A stretch of DNA of 64,000 nt from Synchiropus picturatus. Lineage: Eukaryota. A program made the position numbers and the translations under genes. The DNA lies in assembly GCA_044231675.1 (NCBI GenBank), contig CM094669.1, positions 3,057,643 to 3,121,642 on the forward strand, read 5' to 3'. The notes below the pieces were generated by a model that had not been told where the DNA came from, made no database searches, and saw nothing but the letters and a program-made list of their open reading frames with translations. Position 1 is the first letter of the stretch. Each line of letters opens with the position of its first letter. Shown here in pieces: positions 1 through 11,185 of the stretch.

Positions 1-2
1 AG

Positions 3-239
3 GTGTTGCCCTGGTGCATGTTTCTGTTGCTCGGTTTTGTTCATCGCTGTTCTGCCACAGGTGGAGTTCATCTGCTACGTGTTCCATGGGGAGCAGTCTC
101 GCTGGCGCCCCCTGAACCTGGAGCTGGTACTGCAGCGCTGCAGCGAGGTCCAGCACTGGGTCGCCACGGAGATCCTGCAGTGCCACTCACTGCCCAAGAG
201 GATCCAGCTGCTCCGCAAGTTCATCAAGATCGCCGCTCT
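3..239 (+). CDS. rapgefl1: Penultimate-region exon of an Epac-family RasGEF gene. The exon may begin at an AG acceptor at 58-60. It encodes ...VEFICYVFHGEQSRW...LLRKFIKIAAL(split). The gene's 5' part lies upstream of the window.
   Basis: The ORF 37..243 frame matches the Epac/RAPGEFL1 RasGEF domain (LLRKFIKIAA motif). A GTGAGT donor sits at 240-245, and its phase matches the next exon. Confidence 0.55.
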
Positions 240-297
240 GTGAGTGGACGACGCTGACGCTTCCCGAGAGCCGGGTCAACATGCGTTTGGGTTTCAG

Positions 298-439
298 GTG
301 CAAGCAGCAGCAGGACCTGCTGTCCTTCCTGGCCGTGGTGCTGGGTCTGGACAACCCTGCGGTCAACCGCCTGCGACTCACCTGGGAGGGTCTTCCTGGG
401 AAGTTCAGGAAGCAGTTCCAGCAGTTTGAGAGCATCGCG
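298..439 (+). CDS. rapgefl1: RasGEF-domain exon encoding CKQQQDLLSFLAVVLGLDNPAVNRLRLTWEGLPGKFRKQFQQFESIA.
   Basis: Acceptor ttcag at 293-297 and donor gtgagt at 440. The sequence is similar to the Epac NLNSFFAIVMGL...LTWEKLPSKFKK segment. Confidence 0.6.
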
Positions 440-517
440 GTGAGTTCTGGTTTGGTTCTGCTGCGGCACAGACGCTGAAATACTGACTGTTGACGCTTGG
501 TTGTTGGCGAAAATCAG

Positions 518-605
518 GATCCATCCAGGAACCACAAGTCCTACAGAGACCTGGTGTCCAGCCTCAGACCCCCGCTGATCCCCTTCACACCTCTGCTGCT
601 CAAAG
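518..605 (+). CDS. rapgefl1: RasGEF-domain exon encoding [29 protein letters not shown], ending in phase 1.
   Basis: Acceptor cag at 515-517 and donor gtaac at 606. It matches the Epac motif DPSRNH(R/K)xYR...PPLIPFMPLL(I/L)KD. Confidence 0.65.
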
Positions 606-640
606 GTAACAGAACCAGACGCTGACCTGGAACCCACCAG

Positions 641-905
641 GTGGTGATGGTGTTGGTGTGTCAGAAGATGAGGGCACTGATGATGATGATGATGAAGATG
701 AGGCCACTGATGATGTTGATGAAGATGACGATGATGAAGATGATGGTGTTGGTGTGTCAGAAGATGAGGGCACTGATGATGATGATGATGAAGATGAGGC
801 CACTGATGATGTTGATGAAGATGATGATGATGATGCTGATGAAGATGATGATGTTGATGATGAAGATGAGGACACTGATGAGGATGGTGTGGTGAAGTTG
901 ATGAA
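641..905. repeat. Intronic GATGATG-rich minisatellite: two ~96-bp units plus a partial unit. It is open in-frame with the downstream exon and encodes a poly-Asp/Glu stretch in that frame.
   Basis: Direct repeat visible at 658-753 versus 754-850. The forward ORF 658..1050 gives DDDDEDE, and the reverse-strand ORF 600..926 gives poly-Ser. Confidence 0.85.
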
Positions 906-928
906 GATGATCTTGCTCTTCCTCACAG

Positions 929-993
929 ACTTGACGTTTCTCCATGAGAGCTGTAAATCCTTTCACGGTGACCTTGTCAACTTTGAGAAGATG
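929..993 (+). CDS. rapgefl1: RasGEF-domain exon encoding (D)LTFLHESCKSFHGDLVNFEKM.
   Basis: Acceptor cag at 926-928 and donor gtgagt at 994. It matches Epac [22 protein letters not shown]. Confidence 0.65.
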
Positions 994-1325
994 GTGAGTT
1001 CACGCACGCACACACACACTTGCATTTCTATCCTTGTGGGGACATTGTGACGTTTCTCATTGCCATAGCCCTTTCCCCAGCCCCGCCCCCTAAACCATCT
1101 AAAACACATGGCTAACCTTCACCAGGACTCTGAACCAAGCAGGAACCCAGTTAAAATGACCCATTTCATATTCTGAAATTTCCATCCTTAAATTCATGCT
1201 CAACCTCGTGGGGTCCAGTCAAACGTGCCCACCAAGTCACACAGTCCTCACAAGGATAGTGTTTTGTACCCAGAAAGTAGGACAAACCACCCCGATACAC
1301 ACACTCATACACTATTCCTCTCCAG

Positions 1326-1380
1326 CACAAAGTGGCAGAGATGGTCAGAACCGTCCGGCGGTACCGCAGTGGCCAGTTAG
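1326..1380 (+). CDS. rapgefl1: Exon encoding HKVAEMVRTVRRYRSGQL.
   Basis: Acceptor tccag at 1321-1325 and donor gtgagt at 1381. It is similar to Epac RMIANTARTVRYYRSQPF. Confidence 0.55.
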
Positions 1381-1457
1381 GTGAGTCAGCTGGCCTGAAG
1401 CAAGGCGTTGATTTGTCGCCCTCTGGTGGTCACATGTGAGCCCCCGTCTGCCCTCAG

Positions 1458-1585
1458 CCCTGGACCAGGACCAGGCCCCGTCTCCGGCCCTGCAGACCAA
1501 AGCCTACGTCCGGCAGCTGCAGGTCATTGACAACCAGAACCTGCTCTTCGACCTGTCCGTGAAACTGGAGCCCCGAGACACGTAG
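1458..1585 (+). CDS. rapgefl1: Terminal coding exon encoding ALDQDQAPSPALQTKAYVRQLQVIDNQNLLFDLSVKLEPRDT*.
   Basis: Acceptor at 1451-1457 and stop TAG at 1583-1585. The C-terminal ...VIDNQ...LEP motif is shared by Epac family members. Confidence 0.6.
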
Positions 1586-3039
1586 ACCTCAGGACCAGAA
1601 CCAGAACCTGCTCTTTCCTCCTCCATCCTCCTCTTCTCTATCCTCTCCTTCGTCCTCAACACCTTCCTCTTTCTTTTCAACTAGAATATTTGTGATTGTT
1701 TTGTTTTGGCGTGACAAACGCAGACAACTTTTCTTGACAAATATTAAGTTCTTTGACGTTGTGTTTCTATTTCAGCTATCGTATAATTGCCGAACTTCTA
1801 TGGCAACAATTGTCTGAATGCTAACCTTGCTATAGTAACTATGACGACGTGTGTGTGTTCAGACACTGATCTTCTTTTTTTTTTTAATGGCCGACGTTTG
1901 TCTCGCGCGATGTTGCATTGTCGCTCTTGGACCTTAGCGCTCATGCAGTCACAGTGCAGACAGTGACTCTGAACTGCCGGATGACTGACATCCATCCAGT
2001 TTCTGTATCGCAGAATCGTGGCTCACAAACATTCCACCGAGTTTGACGCTGTAGGACTCTCACCTGAAACTGTGGTAAATAGGAAATGACACGGCACTTT
2101 GGAGAACCTCAGGGCTCAAAGATGTTTACTTTCCTCTTCCTGTTTCACTTCAGCTTTAGAACTGAGTCGCGTTTCACGCACAGAATGACAAGCGTCGGCC
2201 TGAAACCTTTTCTTCTGGCTTTCCATTGTGTTTTTCCGAAGCTGCGGCATGTGATGTCGCAGCTTCCCCCTCAAGCAGCCACATCTGGTTTACTTTCATC
2301 TGCTGTGAAAACTCTGTTCACTTTTCTACACGAATACTTGGTTTGTTTTAAAAACTCAGGACAGTGAACTCGCAACGATCGACCATTTTAAACGTAGGAT
2401 TCTGGCTGTAGGCTGAAATTGCGTGTTTGGGGAAGCCATCGCAGAAAAGCGTCGCTGAATAAATATATTATTTCATGACGGAGGCGAGAAAGATGTGAAT
2501 TTTGCAAGTTTGTAAATAAAATACTATTTTATGTAAACGTGAATCAAACTGACGAAATATTCGTAATGAATTCATAAACGAAGACTTTAGTTTGTTTCTT
2601 CACTTTAAATGTCGATGTTCTAAAAATATATTTAATTTTCGGTATTTCTTTTTGTAAAGAAGTGGATGTTTACATGTTTGCACTTCATCTCATGGTCGGA
2701 GTCGAGTGTTGGGAGGAGGCGGGCCTCGAAGTCGAGTGGGTGTGGCCGAGGAGGTGGAGCCTCCGACGTCTGTCAGTTTGAAGCAATGTTTCAATTAGGT
2801 AGGAAAATAAATGTTTATAATTAAAATATCTAATTTTACAAAGAAGCTTTTTTAATTTTATGTGCAATTTTACAGGAAGTGTCGCACCTAACGATCACGC
2901 TACTGTGTGAACAAACAAAGTTGTAATTTTGGAATAAAACAATCAGTGTAAATGTTAAATTTAAGAAAATAAAGTTATTTTGCAAAAGGGGTGGATTTCT
3001 CATGCATTGTTATTTGCTTAATTGGCACATGCTACGTTA

Positions 3040-3340
3040 GCATGTAGCATTCACACTTGAGTGTTTCCTGTTGTCACATTAGCACCTAGCATTCATGCTG
3101 TTGCGTTAACTGCCACCACATTAGCACCTAGCATTCACACTCATGTGTTTACGTTCACCAGGTTAGCACCTAGCCTCCACCTTGCTAGCATCTAGCTGAA
3201 TTTACACGGCTATGTTGACTCTCACTACATTAGCATCTAGCTTTCACGCTGCTGTGTTGACCTGACGTCCTGCTGCGTTAGCATCCAGCATTTTGGTTGC
3301 TGGGTCAACTTCCACTACGTTAGCACCTAGCATCTGCGCT
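3040..3340. repeat. Tandem satellite with a ~60-bp unit (ttagcacctagcattcac...) in about 5 copies.
   Basis: Direct visual periodicity: cacattagcacctagcattca / ...ttagcatctagctttcacgctg... recurs every ~60 bp. Confidence 0.8.
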
Positions 3341-3941
3341 GTCTTGCCTCCACATGTTTTGCATCTTTTGTCCCAGAACCAGAACCTCTTGGGAACGACA
3401 GGTTTCCAGACCTGATTTGGAGAAAGTTTATATATAGAGGCAACAAGATAATGTGTGCTCCTAAGTGCGTGTGTTGGTGTGTGTCCTTCAGGGGTCACTT
3501 TACACTTCACCTTGTGGCCACATGATTAACTGTGAATTTATATTCTATATTTAGAAAATAATCTTGAAACTTGCCATTCATCAAAATACAGTTTTACCCT
3601 TATCAACTTCTGAAGTGTTAATCACATGACAAGCTTCTTCTTTCTGGAATAACATGTGATTTGTGTTGAAATAATTCAAATTTTCCAAAACAAAATTCAA
3701 CATCAGAGTCACAGGTTTTAATAGTCTGAAAGACCTGTTTACAAAATAAAAGCATAATGAAGCTCTATTTCAAAATAATATTCACCAAAGGTTCAATGAG
3801 GTCAGAAGAAAAATTGCAACGAGTTGGAAAGAAAAAACACACACTCACTTGCACACACAGCAGCTGTCACCCACACTCTGCTGTCCAGCCCCCCGCCCCT
3901 CACACCGCAGCTGTCACCCCCCCCCCCAGACCCGCTGACTG

Positions 3942-3948
3942 TATAAAA
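3942..3948 (+). promoter_or_regulatory. nme2: TATA box (TATAAAA) of the nme2 promoter.
   Basis: gactgtataaaaacagg lies ~25 bp upstream of the putative non-coding exon 1. Confidence 0.6.
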
Positions 3949-3969
3949 ACAGGACCCTCCTCTGGTTCG

Positions 3970-4029
3970 GCCCGGTTTCGCTCCCTCCTTCGCTTGTCGT
4001 CCTCCACCTCTTGAACTCTCAAACTTCAG
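3970..4029 (+). other. nme2: Putative non-coding first exon (5' UTR) of nme2. Its donor cag|gtac at 4029/4030 splices to the acceptor at 4477-4478.
   Basis: A TATA box sits upstream, a GT donor follows, and an AG acceptor lies immediately before the ATG exon (cacag at 4474-4478). Confidence 0.45.
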
Positions 4030-4486
4030 GTACTTTCTTCTTCTTCCTTTTTATTTCAACTTACTCTTTTTTTGGACTTTTCTCTTCTGAACAGAACAAA
4101 AGTACTGCAGAGATACTGCTGTATTACTACAGAAGTAACTGGAGTACCAGCAGCAGTACTGTAGATACCTAAATAGTACTGCCGTAGCTTAGATTTATTA
4201 CTAGCTGACATACAGTAGCACTTCAGGTTGCCATGTATAACAGTGACACAGATGAGCCAATCAGACAGCTGCAGGTCACGTGCTGCAGACGCTCCTGTCT
4301 CTCAAGAGAGTTTCAGGCTTAAAACTTATAACCTTTTATTTGACGTGGTTGTGTCGCCCTCTGCTGCCTTATTTCTGTCACCGTCTTTTCTCACTTCTGT
4401 GTGGCTCCCTAATTTTACAGTTGTGTCGCCCTCTAATGTCGCGGTTTTGGCGCCCCCTAACGACTGTTTCGTTCACAGCCGCAGAC

Positions 4487-4603
4487 ATGGAGAGAACTTT
4501 CATCGCAGTGAAGCCCGACGGCGTGCAGCGCGGCCTCTGTGGCGAGATCATCAAGCGCTTCGAGCAGAGAGGCTTCCGACTGGTGGCCGCCAAGTTCATG
4601 CAG
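4487..4603 (+). CDS. nme2: nme2 exon encoding [39 protein letters not shown].
   Basis: Near-identical to human NME1/NME2 ([32 protein letters not shown]). Donor gtaacc at 4604. Confidence 0.9.
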
Positions 4604-4668
4604 GTAACCACGGCAACACGGTCAGTTGACCCGCGGGTTTCACTCAACCAGATGTGGTTCTGGTCCAG

Positions 4669-4770
4669 GCCTCTGAGGACCACATGAAGAACCACTACCT
4701 GGACCTGAAAGACATGCCTTTCTACGCCGGACTCTGCAAGTACATGTCTGCAGGGCCCATCCTCGCCATG
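4669..4770 (+). CDS. nme2: nme2 exon encoding [34 protein letters not shown].
   Basis: Matches NME2 [34 protein letters not shown]. Acceptor at 4666-4668 and donor gtgagg at 4771. Confidence 0.9.
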
Positions 4771-4839
4771 GTGAGGAAAGCTCCGGACCGCAGGTCGAGT
4801 CAGGTGACTCCAGGCTGACGGCTGTGTGTGATGTCACAG

Positions 4840-4952
4840 GTGTGGGAGGGGCAGAGCATCGTCAAGCTGGCCAGGATGATGCTGGGGGAGACGAACCCGG
4901 CCGACTCCAAACCTGGAAGCATCCGTGGTGACCTGTGCATCAACATCGGCAG
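4840..4952 (+). CDS. nme2: nme2 exon encoding [37 protein letters not shown](R), ending in phase 2.
   Basis: Matches NME2 [38 protein letters not shown]. Donor gtgagg at 4953. Confidence 0.9.
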
Positions 4953-5014
4953 GTGAGGCCGGGACGTGCCCCCTCACCCGGGAACCCGCCAACCCTCTGT
5001 CTGCTTCCCTGCAG

Positions 5015-5132
5015 GAACATCATCCACGGCAGCGACACCCTGGAGAACGCCAAGAGAGAGATCGACCTGTGGTTCAAGGCTGAGGAGTTTGTGTCCTACA
5101 CGTCCTGCGCCCAGGCCTGGCTCTACGAGTGA
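5015..5132 (+). CDS. nme2: nme2 terminal exon encoding [38 protein letters not shown].
   Basis: Matches NME2 [38 protein letters not shown]. Stop at 5130-5132. Confidence 0.9.
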
Positions 5133-5171
5133 GAGGCCCAACTGGACCCACCCGCCACATCTCTCCCTGAA

Positions 5172-5177
5172 AATAAA
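5172..5177 (+). terminator. nme2: AATAAA polyadenylation signal of nme2.
   Basis: Hexamer 40 bp downstream of the stop codon. Confidence 0.7.
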
Positions 5178-7977
5178 CCACTGAACTCAAAGAGTCGTAG
5201 CGTGTCTAACTGACAGCATGTGTTCGGCCAAGTGTGGTGAAATATGTAAACCAGACACCGCCTTCGCCACAGTTGAGAAGTTGGCGAGGTGACAGGGAGA
5301 GGAGGTTTGTCGGGCGGTTCCGGCACCATGTTGGACCCAAGAGTGCATCAGAGTCAGCGATGGATGGAAGGAAGGAACTGCTTTCCGCTGCTGGCCACAC
5401 ACTCAGGTTGGAGGTCAGATGATGGGGTGCTGAGCCTCAGCAGCGTGGGAGGAACAGCGCCCCCTTGCGGAGGAAAAGGCCAACCCAAATTTAGAAGGTT
5501 GAAAATGAGGTGCAACACAATGTTCACCGCTGCAGCACAAGCTCCAGACCCCTCCATAAGTTCCTTATAAACATGCAGACCTCCAGTGACCTTTGCATGG
5601 AAGGTCTTTGAGATGAATCCAAGAAACCTTTTCTCCATCAAAGCCGCAGTTTCTCCTATGTTAAATAAGATCTTCAGGGGCGTGGCCACACCCACTCCGC
5701 CTCGCTGTTCTCATTTGCAACAACATGTGTTCGTGGTTTGGCAGAGACAGGAGCAACTGTTTTTCTACAGTCTGTGAAGTTTTTATAGTTTCAGATGAAT
5801 TATGACTTGCACCGTACTCACACAGGGCAGCTCAGGACACACCTGGGTTAGGCTACGCCTCCTCCAGCCTGATGTAACTCTCTGGACAGATTCATGAGGT
5901 GGGAGCGGTGGAGCCCTCGGGCAGCTGCCGATCACAAGGAATGCCTGGCGTGACACAAACACAAACAATTACTTACACACACACCCAAACTTTTCCCACC
6001 GAGTTGGGGTCAACACATCCAGGCCTCTTGGGACACATCCCTGTGGTTTCTACTGGACCATGTGGGTTCTGAGTCAGGTCTCAGCACCACAGAACCGGAG
6101 CCTGTCTCCAGAGCACCACTGAAATCAATCTCATCTCTGAAAGTGTTGAGAGACCTTTACAAATGGATAGAAGGAGACCCAGAACACATCACCCGCAGAT
6201 CCGACCGTTCAAGATTAAGCCGCCGAGCCCCGTTGTGTCATCATCTCCCAGGTTTACATACATAGTAGCAGTTCACCTCCCTGACGGTGGGTGGCGCCTA
6301 AAGCTCTTCACTCCGTCCAGTTCTGCTGTCAGTAGAAGAAGAGCAGACACAGTCGACAGGTAGCGCAGAGCAGCGTCAGACTGTTGAATGTTGTTCACAG
6401 CGATGGCGCTGACTGATCAACGAGTTTAACCTAAGAGCCAGAATCAGCGCTTCAGAGCCACGGTTGGCCACCATCATGTCAACAGGCTTCCTCCTTAAAC
6501 TCGCACGTTTCTGAATAAAATTGTTGTTGTCTTTGTATAGGAAGGATGATAAATGTCAGGTAACTGAAGTACAGAGTCACGCTTTTACCGGAGTGAGTCT
6601 GGACTCACTTAGCAACAATGCTAACAGTTGCTAAAACTGTGGTAATGTCTCTCAAAACCAACAAACCATGTCTTTTTTATCATGTGGGAAAGATCGAAAC
6701 AACGGAATTTGCACATCTACAGATCATTGTCGATTATCGATCATCTGCTCCAGAACACAGCTGATATCAGGTTAGTCATGTGTCAAGACCGAGTTTGTTT
6801 ACTTCCGCTGCGTAGCTGAAGCTTGCACAGCCGCACATCACCCAGTCCGTCATCGTCCAGCTACTCGGCTACATACTCTACCAGCTTAGTCCAGGTCGTA
6901 CAGAGACATTCCAGTTTTCTCTCCAGTGGTCGGACTAATTTTAAAATATGGAGCTTAGACTGCAATAATTCGGTTCAAGTGCAAAGTGACGTCACATTGC
7001 GTTGGATTTACTCCAGAGGTGAGGGAGACACAGACCTGAGCCAACGTTCATGGTCGATCTTTGTCATTTTCACTGAGCCCAAGAAGAATGGCTGCCGTCA
7101 TGCATCCTCCTGTCCAATCAGCAGTGCCTGTGGGCGGGCACAGATGAGGCGTACCAAAACAACGGTCCGCGTGAGGTGGGTATTTCAGACCCGTCCTGGA
7201 CTGGATCCCAGACCAAGCTCCGCGGATCATCACTGGCCCTCATCTACCCTGGGCTGCTCTTTCATGTCACCTGAATTCGACTAACCTAGTTCAGAGACTC
7301 ACCTAGATCTTGGCAAGGGAGACCTGCTGACCTGGGACTTGGCTGTGACGCAGCAGCAGGTGCCGGCCCCGCCCTGCTGGAGCATGAATAACGGGAAACA
7401 AACAAGTGAAAGGTTAATTGTAGATGAGAACAAGCCCGCGGCAACATTCCTCCGCCGCGCCCACGACATCAACGCTCTGATCTTAATCGCGTAATTATTT
7501 TCTGACATGGCTGAAAAGCAGTTCTCACCACTGCCACCAACGCTTACACAGAGCACTTAATCCCCCATCACAGCATGACACGGCAGCCGAAGCCATTAGC
7601 AAACGTCGCTGCTGCACTACCACGAGTCTTGTCAGCGGTCGAAACTGTCAACATTTGCTGATCGGAGCAAACAGGAAGTCACCAAGGGCAATGAGTCACC
7701 ATTTCGTCGAGGGGGTCCGGGTCTTGGGCGGTCCTTGACCTGCGTGGTCCAGGTCCGTGCAGCTCAGTCGGTGTCACTCAATGCGCCAGGAGTCTTTGCC
7801 GTGATCCAACTCAACCTGTGTGGCAGCCAGGAACCTTACATTCTCTCAAATGTCAGTCCCGTCCAAACTCGCCTTACAGCTCTTTGATCTTTTATTCCTT
7901 GCCCTGGCAGCGACACGCCTGCTTCACCCTCGCCCGCGGGGACAAGGCGTGCAGGTAAGCCCCCAACAATCCCATGA

Positions 7978-7984
7978 TATAAAA
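7978..7984 (+). promoter_or_regulatory. TATA box (TATAAAA) of type I keratin gene A.
   Basis: gatataaaagagggtcgg lies ~80 bp upstream of the ATG at 8060. Confidence 0.6.
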
Positions 7985-8059
7985 GAGGGTCGGCGCTCAT
8001 CTCTTTCACTTCTCGTCTCCGAACCAGTCAGCCACTCGCCTCACCTGCAGAACACCATC

Positions 8060-8491
8060 ATGTCCAGGATGAGCTTCATGACCAGCAGCAGCAGTGCCGG
8101 CGGACGCCCCTTTGGTAGCAGGGCATCCATGACCGGAGGGGCTGGAGGCGGCCGTGTCATGATCTCAACAGCTTCTTCAGGTGGAGTCGGTGGGGGTGCC
8201 GGCGGCACTACCTTCTCCTACGGGTACAGCGGCTTCAGCAGCGGAGGTGGATTTGCCAGCAGTGGCGGGTTCGGCGCTGGCGGTGGAGAAGCGGATTTCT
8301 CCACCAACGAGAAGGTAGTCATGCAGAACCTGAATGACCGTCTGGCGTCGTACCTCGCTAAGGTGCGTAAGCTGGAGGCGGCCAACGCCGAGCTGGAGCT
8401 CAAGATTCGGAACTTCCTTGAAAGCAAAACTTCACCATCCAGCAGAGACTACAGCGCCTACTACGCTACCATCGCAGATCTGCAGGTCAAG
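8060..8491 (+). CDS. Type I keratin A exon 1: Gly/Ser-rich head plus coil 1A ([12 protein letters not shown]...[39 protein letters not shown]...DLQVK).
   Basis: Canonical type I intermediate-filament helix-initiation motif. Donor gtaagg at 8492. Confidence 0.85.
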
Positions 8492-8553
8492 GTAAGGAGG
8501 AGGGAGAGATCCGCTGCTGGTGGCGGTGGTGAAAAGCTTCTGGGTCTCTGCAG

Positions 8554-8636
8554 ATCCTCAAGGCCACCACAATCAACGGCGGCATCTACCTGTCCATCGA
8601 CAACGCGAAGCTGGCGGCAGACGACTTCCGAATCAA
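8554..8636 (+). CDS. Keratin A exon 2 ([28 protein letters not shown]).
   Basis: Acceptor cag at 8551-8553 and donor gtgagt at 8637. Conserved ...IDNA(R/K)LAADDFR(V/I)K keratin motif. Confidence 0.85.
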
Positions 8637-8707
8637 GTGAGTGAGCTTTTGTCATTGATCCCTCCCCAACAAAGACCCGGGTAGAGACACCAACTCACCG
8701 TCCGCAG

Positions 8708-8864
8708 GTACGAGAATGAGCTGGCCATGCGGCAGTCGGTGGAGGCAGACATCGCTGGACTCAGGAGAGTTCTGGATGAGCTCACCATGGCCAGAAGCGA
8801 CCTGGAGATGCAGATCGAGGGTCTGACGGAGGAGCTGGCCTTCCTTAAGAAGAACCACGAGGAG
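8708..8864 (+). CDS. Keratin A exon 3 ([52 protein letters not shown]).
   Basis: YE(N/T)ELAMRQSVE motif. Donor gtgagg at 8865. Confidence 0.85.
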
Positions 8865-8936
8865 GTGAGGCGGGGCCCGGCTGGAGGCCCGGCTGGAGAC
8901 CGGGGGCAATGCCTGACCAGTGTGTTTCTGCTGCAG

Positions 8937-9098
8937 GAAATGATGCAGATGCGGACTCAGATGTCCGGACAGGTCAGCGTTGAAGTGGATGCCCCACAAC
9001 AAGAAGATCTAACCAAAATCATGGAAGAGATGCGTGAATACTACAAGAACATTGCTGATAAGAACCGTCGGGAACTGGAGGCGTGGTTTAGCTCTAAA
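8937..9098 (+). CDS. Keratin A exon 4 ([54 protein letters not shown]).
   Basis: Acceptor cag at 8934-8936 and donor gtagga at 9099. Confidence 0.85.
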
Positions 9099-9171
9099 GT
9101 AGGACCCTCACTCCTCACTCGCTACACTGATGCCACATTCAACCAGCTCATGTGACCACCTTCTCCTACAG

Positions 9172-9297
9172 ACAGAAGAGCTGAACCAGGAGGTGGCAGT
9201 CAGTACGGAAACGTTGAGCACATCCAAGTCTGAAATCTCCACACTCAAACAGACGCTGCAGGGCCTGCAGATCGAGCTACAGTCTCAGCTAAGCATG
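9172..9297 (+). CDS. Keratin A exon 5 ([42 protein letters not shown]).
   Basis: Acceptor cag at 9169-9171. Weak donor gtgatg at 9298. Confidence 0.8.
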
Positions 9298-9368
9298 GTG
9301 ATGCCTCCTGCTGCTCCTCCTCCTGCTTGCTGCGCTTCGTCTCCTCTGACCTCCAGCTTCCTCCTCAG

Positions 9369-9592
9369 AAAGCCTCGCTGGAAACCACTCTGGCGGACAC
9401 GCAGAGCCGGTACACCATGATGATGCAGCGATTCCAGTCCCAGGTCACCATGCTGGAGGAGCAGATCTGCCAGCTGCAGGCAGACCTGAAGCGCCAGTCT
9501 CAGGAGTACCAAGACCTGCTGGACATCAAGACCCGCCTGGAGATGGAGATTTCCGAGTACCGCCGCCTGTTGGAGGGAGAAGCCGGAACTGG
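9369..9592 (+). CDS. Keratin A exon 6: coil 2B end ([15 protein letters not shown]...[29 protein letters not shown](G)).
   Basis: IF helix-termination motif (IKTRLEMEI(S/A)EYRRLLEGE). Donor gtgagt at 9593. Confidence 0.85.
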
Positions 9593-9669
9593 GTGAGTGG
9601 CGCTCCAGACAGGGCAGGATGTGCCATGACATGGCATCGACCAAACTCACATCTCCAACTCTCCCCCAG

Positions 9670-9937
9670 CATCTCCTCCTCCAGCAGCATGTCTATGTCC
9701 ATGTCCTCCAAATCGTTCTCGTCTGCCGGAGGCTCCTCGTCTGCTGGAGGCTCCTTGTCTGCCGGAGGCTCCTTGTCCGCCGGAGGCTCCTTGTCTACCG
9801 GAGGCTCCTTGTCTACCGGAGGCTCCTCCTCCACTACCACAAAAACCACCAGGCAGAAGGTGGTCACTGTCGAGGAAGTGATCGTCGATGGAAAGGTGGT
9901 CAGCTCCACCGCCACCGAGACCTTCAACACCAACTAA
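9670..9937 (+). CDS. Keratin A exon 7: Gly/Ser-rich tail ([29 protein letters not shown]...[25 protein letters not shown]).
   Basis: Acceptor cag at 9667-9669. ORF 9593..9937 is in frame. Stop at 9935-9937. Confidence 0.8.
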
Positions 9938-9957
9938 CACCTCACATGAGACCACCA

Positions 9958-9963
9958 AATAAA
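9958..9963 (+). terminator. AATAAA polyadenylation signal of keratin gene A.
   Basis: Hexamer 21 bp after the stop codon. Confidence 0.65.
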
Positions 9964-10429
9964 GTCTGCAGAGGTGCTTGAAAATAAAAGGTCATCTTGT
10001 GGTTTTATGATGTCAGAGGTCAAAGGTGCTTTGTTGGGGAATGTGCTTGACCTGCAAACACAAGTCTGATTTCACACAAGAGAACACACACACACACACA
10101 CAGATATACAAGGCCTCACACGAAAAACTGCATATTCACTTACACACTCCCAGAAGAATATACATAAAAAAAAGTATATTCCAGCATACAGCGAGAGAAA
10201 CTACTGTCAATAAGCATCAGGAACAGCTGGGATGAAACCATGACTTGTTCAGGTTTGGACCATGAACAAATACATGTTTCTTTGTTCCATGATGAGTGTT
10301 GGTACAAGCTAGGACCTGCTCTGGAATGATGGCGGGGTCGTGGGCTTCCGCTTAAAATTCCTGCGGCGTTCGTCCACTGGCTGTTCCTCAGGGTGGCCCC
10401 CTCCTCCCAGATACTTTCAGGAACGCTCC

Positions 10430-10436
10430 ATAAAAG
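10430..10436 (+). promoter_or_regulatory. TATA-like box (ccATAAAAGcc) of type I keratin gene B.
   Basis: Lies ~55 bp upstream of the ATG at 10488. Confidence 0.5.
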
Positions 10437-10487
10437 CCGGAGCACCCCCAGCCCGGCCACTCCAGCTCTGACTCCAGCGCCGCCGCC

Positions 10488-10850
10488 ATGACCTCCTTCA
10501 CTCGCTCATCCTTCTCCGGCCGCGTTGCTTCCATCAGGGCCCCCAGCGTGTACGGGGGAGCTGGGGGCTCCGGGGTCCGCATCTCCAGCACCAGCGTCCC
10601 GAGGACATTTTCCTCGGCGGGAGCCGGGTTCAACCTGATGGATGCGCTCGACGGGCCGGACAGCAACAAGAAGACCACCATGCAAAACTTGAACGACCGC
10701 CTGGCGTCGTACCTGGAGAAGGTGCGGCAGCTAGAGGCCGCCAACACTGACCTGGAGCTCAAGATCCGAACCTTTCTGGAGAGCAAGGCCACGCCCGAGG
10801 GTCAGGACCGCTCCGCGTACCATAGTGTGATCAGTGACCTGCAGAACCAG
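10488..10850 (+). CDS. Type I keratin B exon 1: K18-like head [34 protein letters not shown]...[36 protein letters not shown]...DLQNQ.
   Basis: The head resembles KRT18 (MSFTTRSTFS...SVYAGAGGSGSRIS). Donor gtgggt at 10851. Confidence 0.85.
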
Positions 10851-11007
10851 GTGGGTGATGCTCGGAGGCGTGATTTCATAACATGTGTATGTGTTTGATC
10901 TCAGAAAGTTGGTTCACATCAGCGGGCGTGGCCTGGGGGTCTCAGGTCCCTTATCTAATCTCTAATCTAACCAATCGCCATGACAATGTCATCTCTTTCT
11001 CTTAAAG

Positions 11008-11090
11008 ATCCAGGACGCCCGCTCTACCAACGGCTCCATTTACCTGGCCATCGACAACGCCAAGCTGGCGGCTGACGACTTCCGGCTCAA
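11008..11090 (+). CDS. Keratin B exon 2 ([28 protein letters not shown]).
   Basis: Acceptor aaag at 11004-11007 and donor gtgagt at 11091. Confidence 0.85.
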
Positions 11091-11185
11091 GTGAGTCCTG
11101 CGCATGCTGAAGGCGGGCGGAGCTCAGGCTCCTTCCTCTGTGATGGACCTGAACATGGTTTACATCTTGCTGCTCACACGACCAG

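Noticed and set aside
600-926. 108-aa poly-Ser minus-strand ORF and 130-aa poly-Asp/Glu plus-strand ORF.
   Set aside because: Both come from the GATGATG minisatellite, which is open in all frames. It is intronic, between exons at 518-605 and 929-993.
7820-8644. 274-aa ORF that reads as a single keratin CDS.
   Set aside because: It reads through the GTAAGG donor at 8492 into intron 1 in frame by chance. The real exon 1 is 8060-8491, and the coil continues in the spliced exons.
9526-9958. Minus-strand ORFs of 135 and 103 aa ([13 protein letters not shown]...).
   Set aside because: They are antisense to the Gly/Ser-repeat tail exon of keratin A and are repeat-driven.
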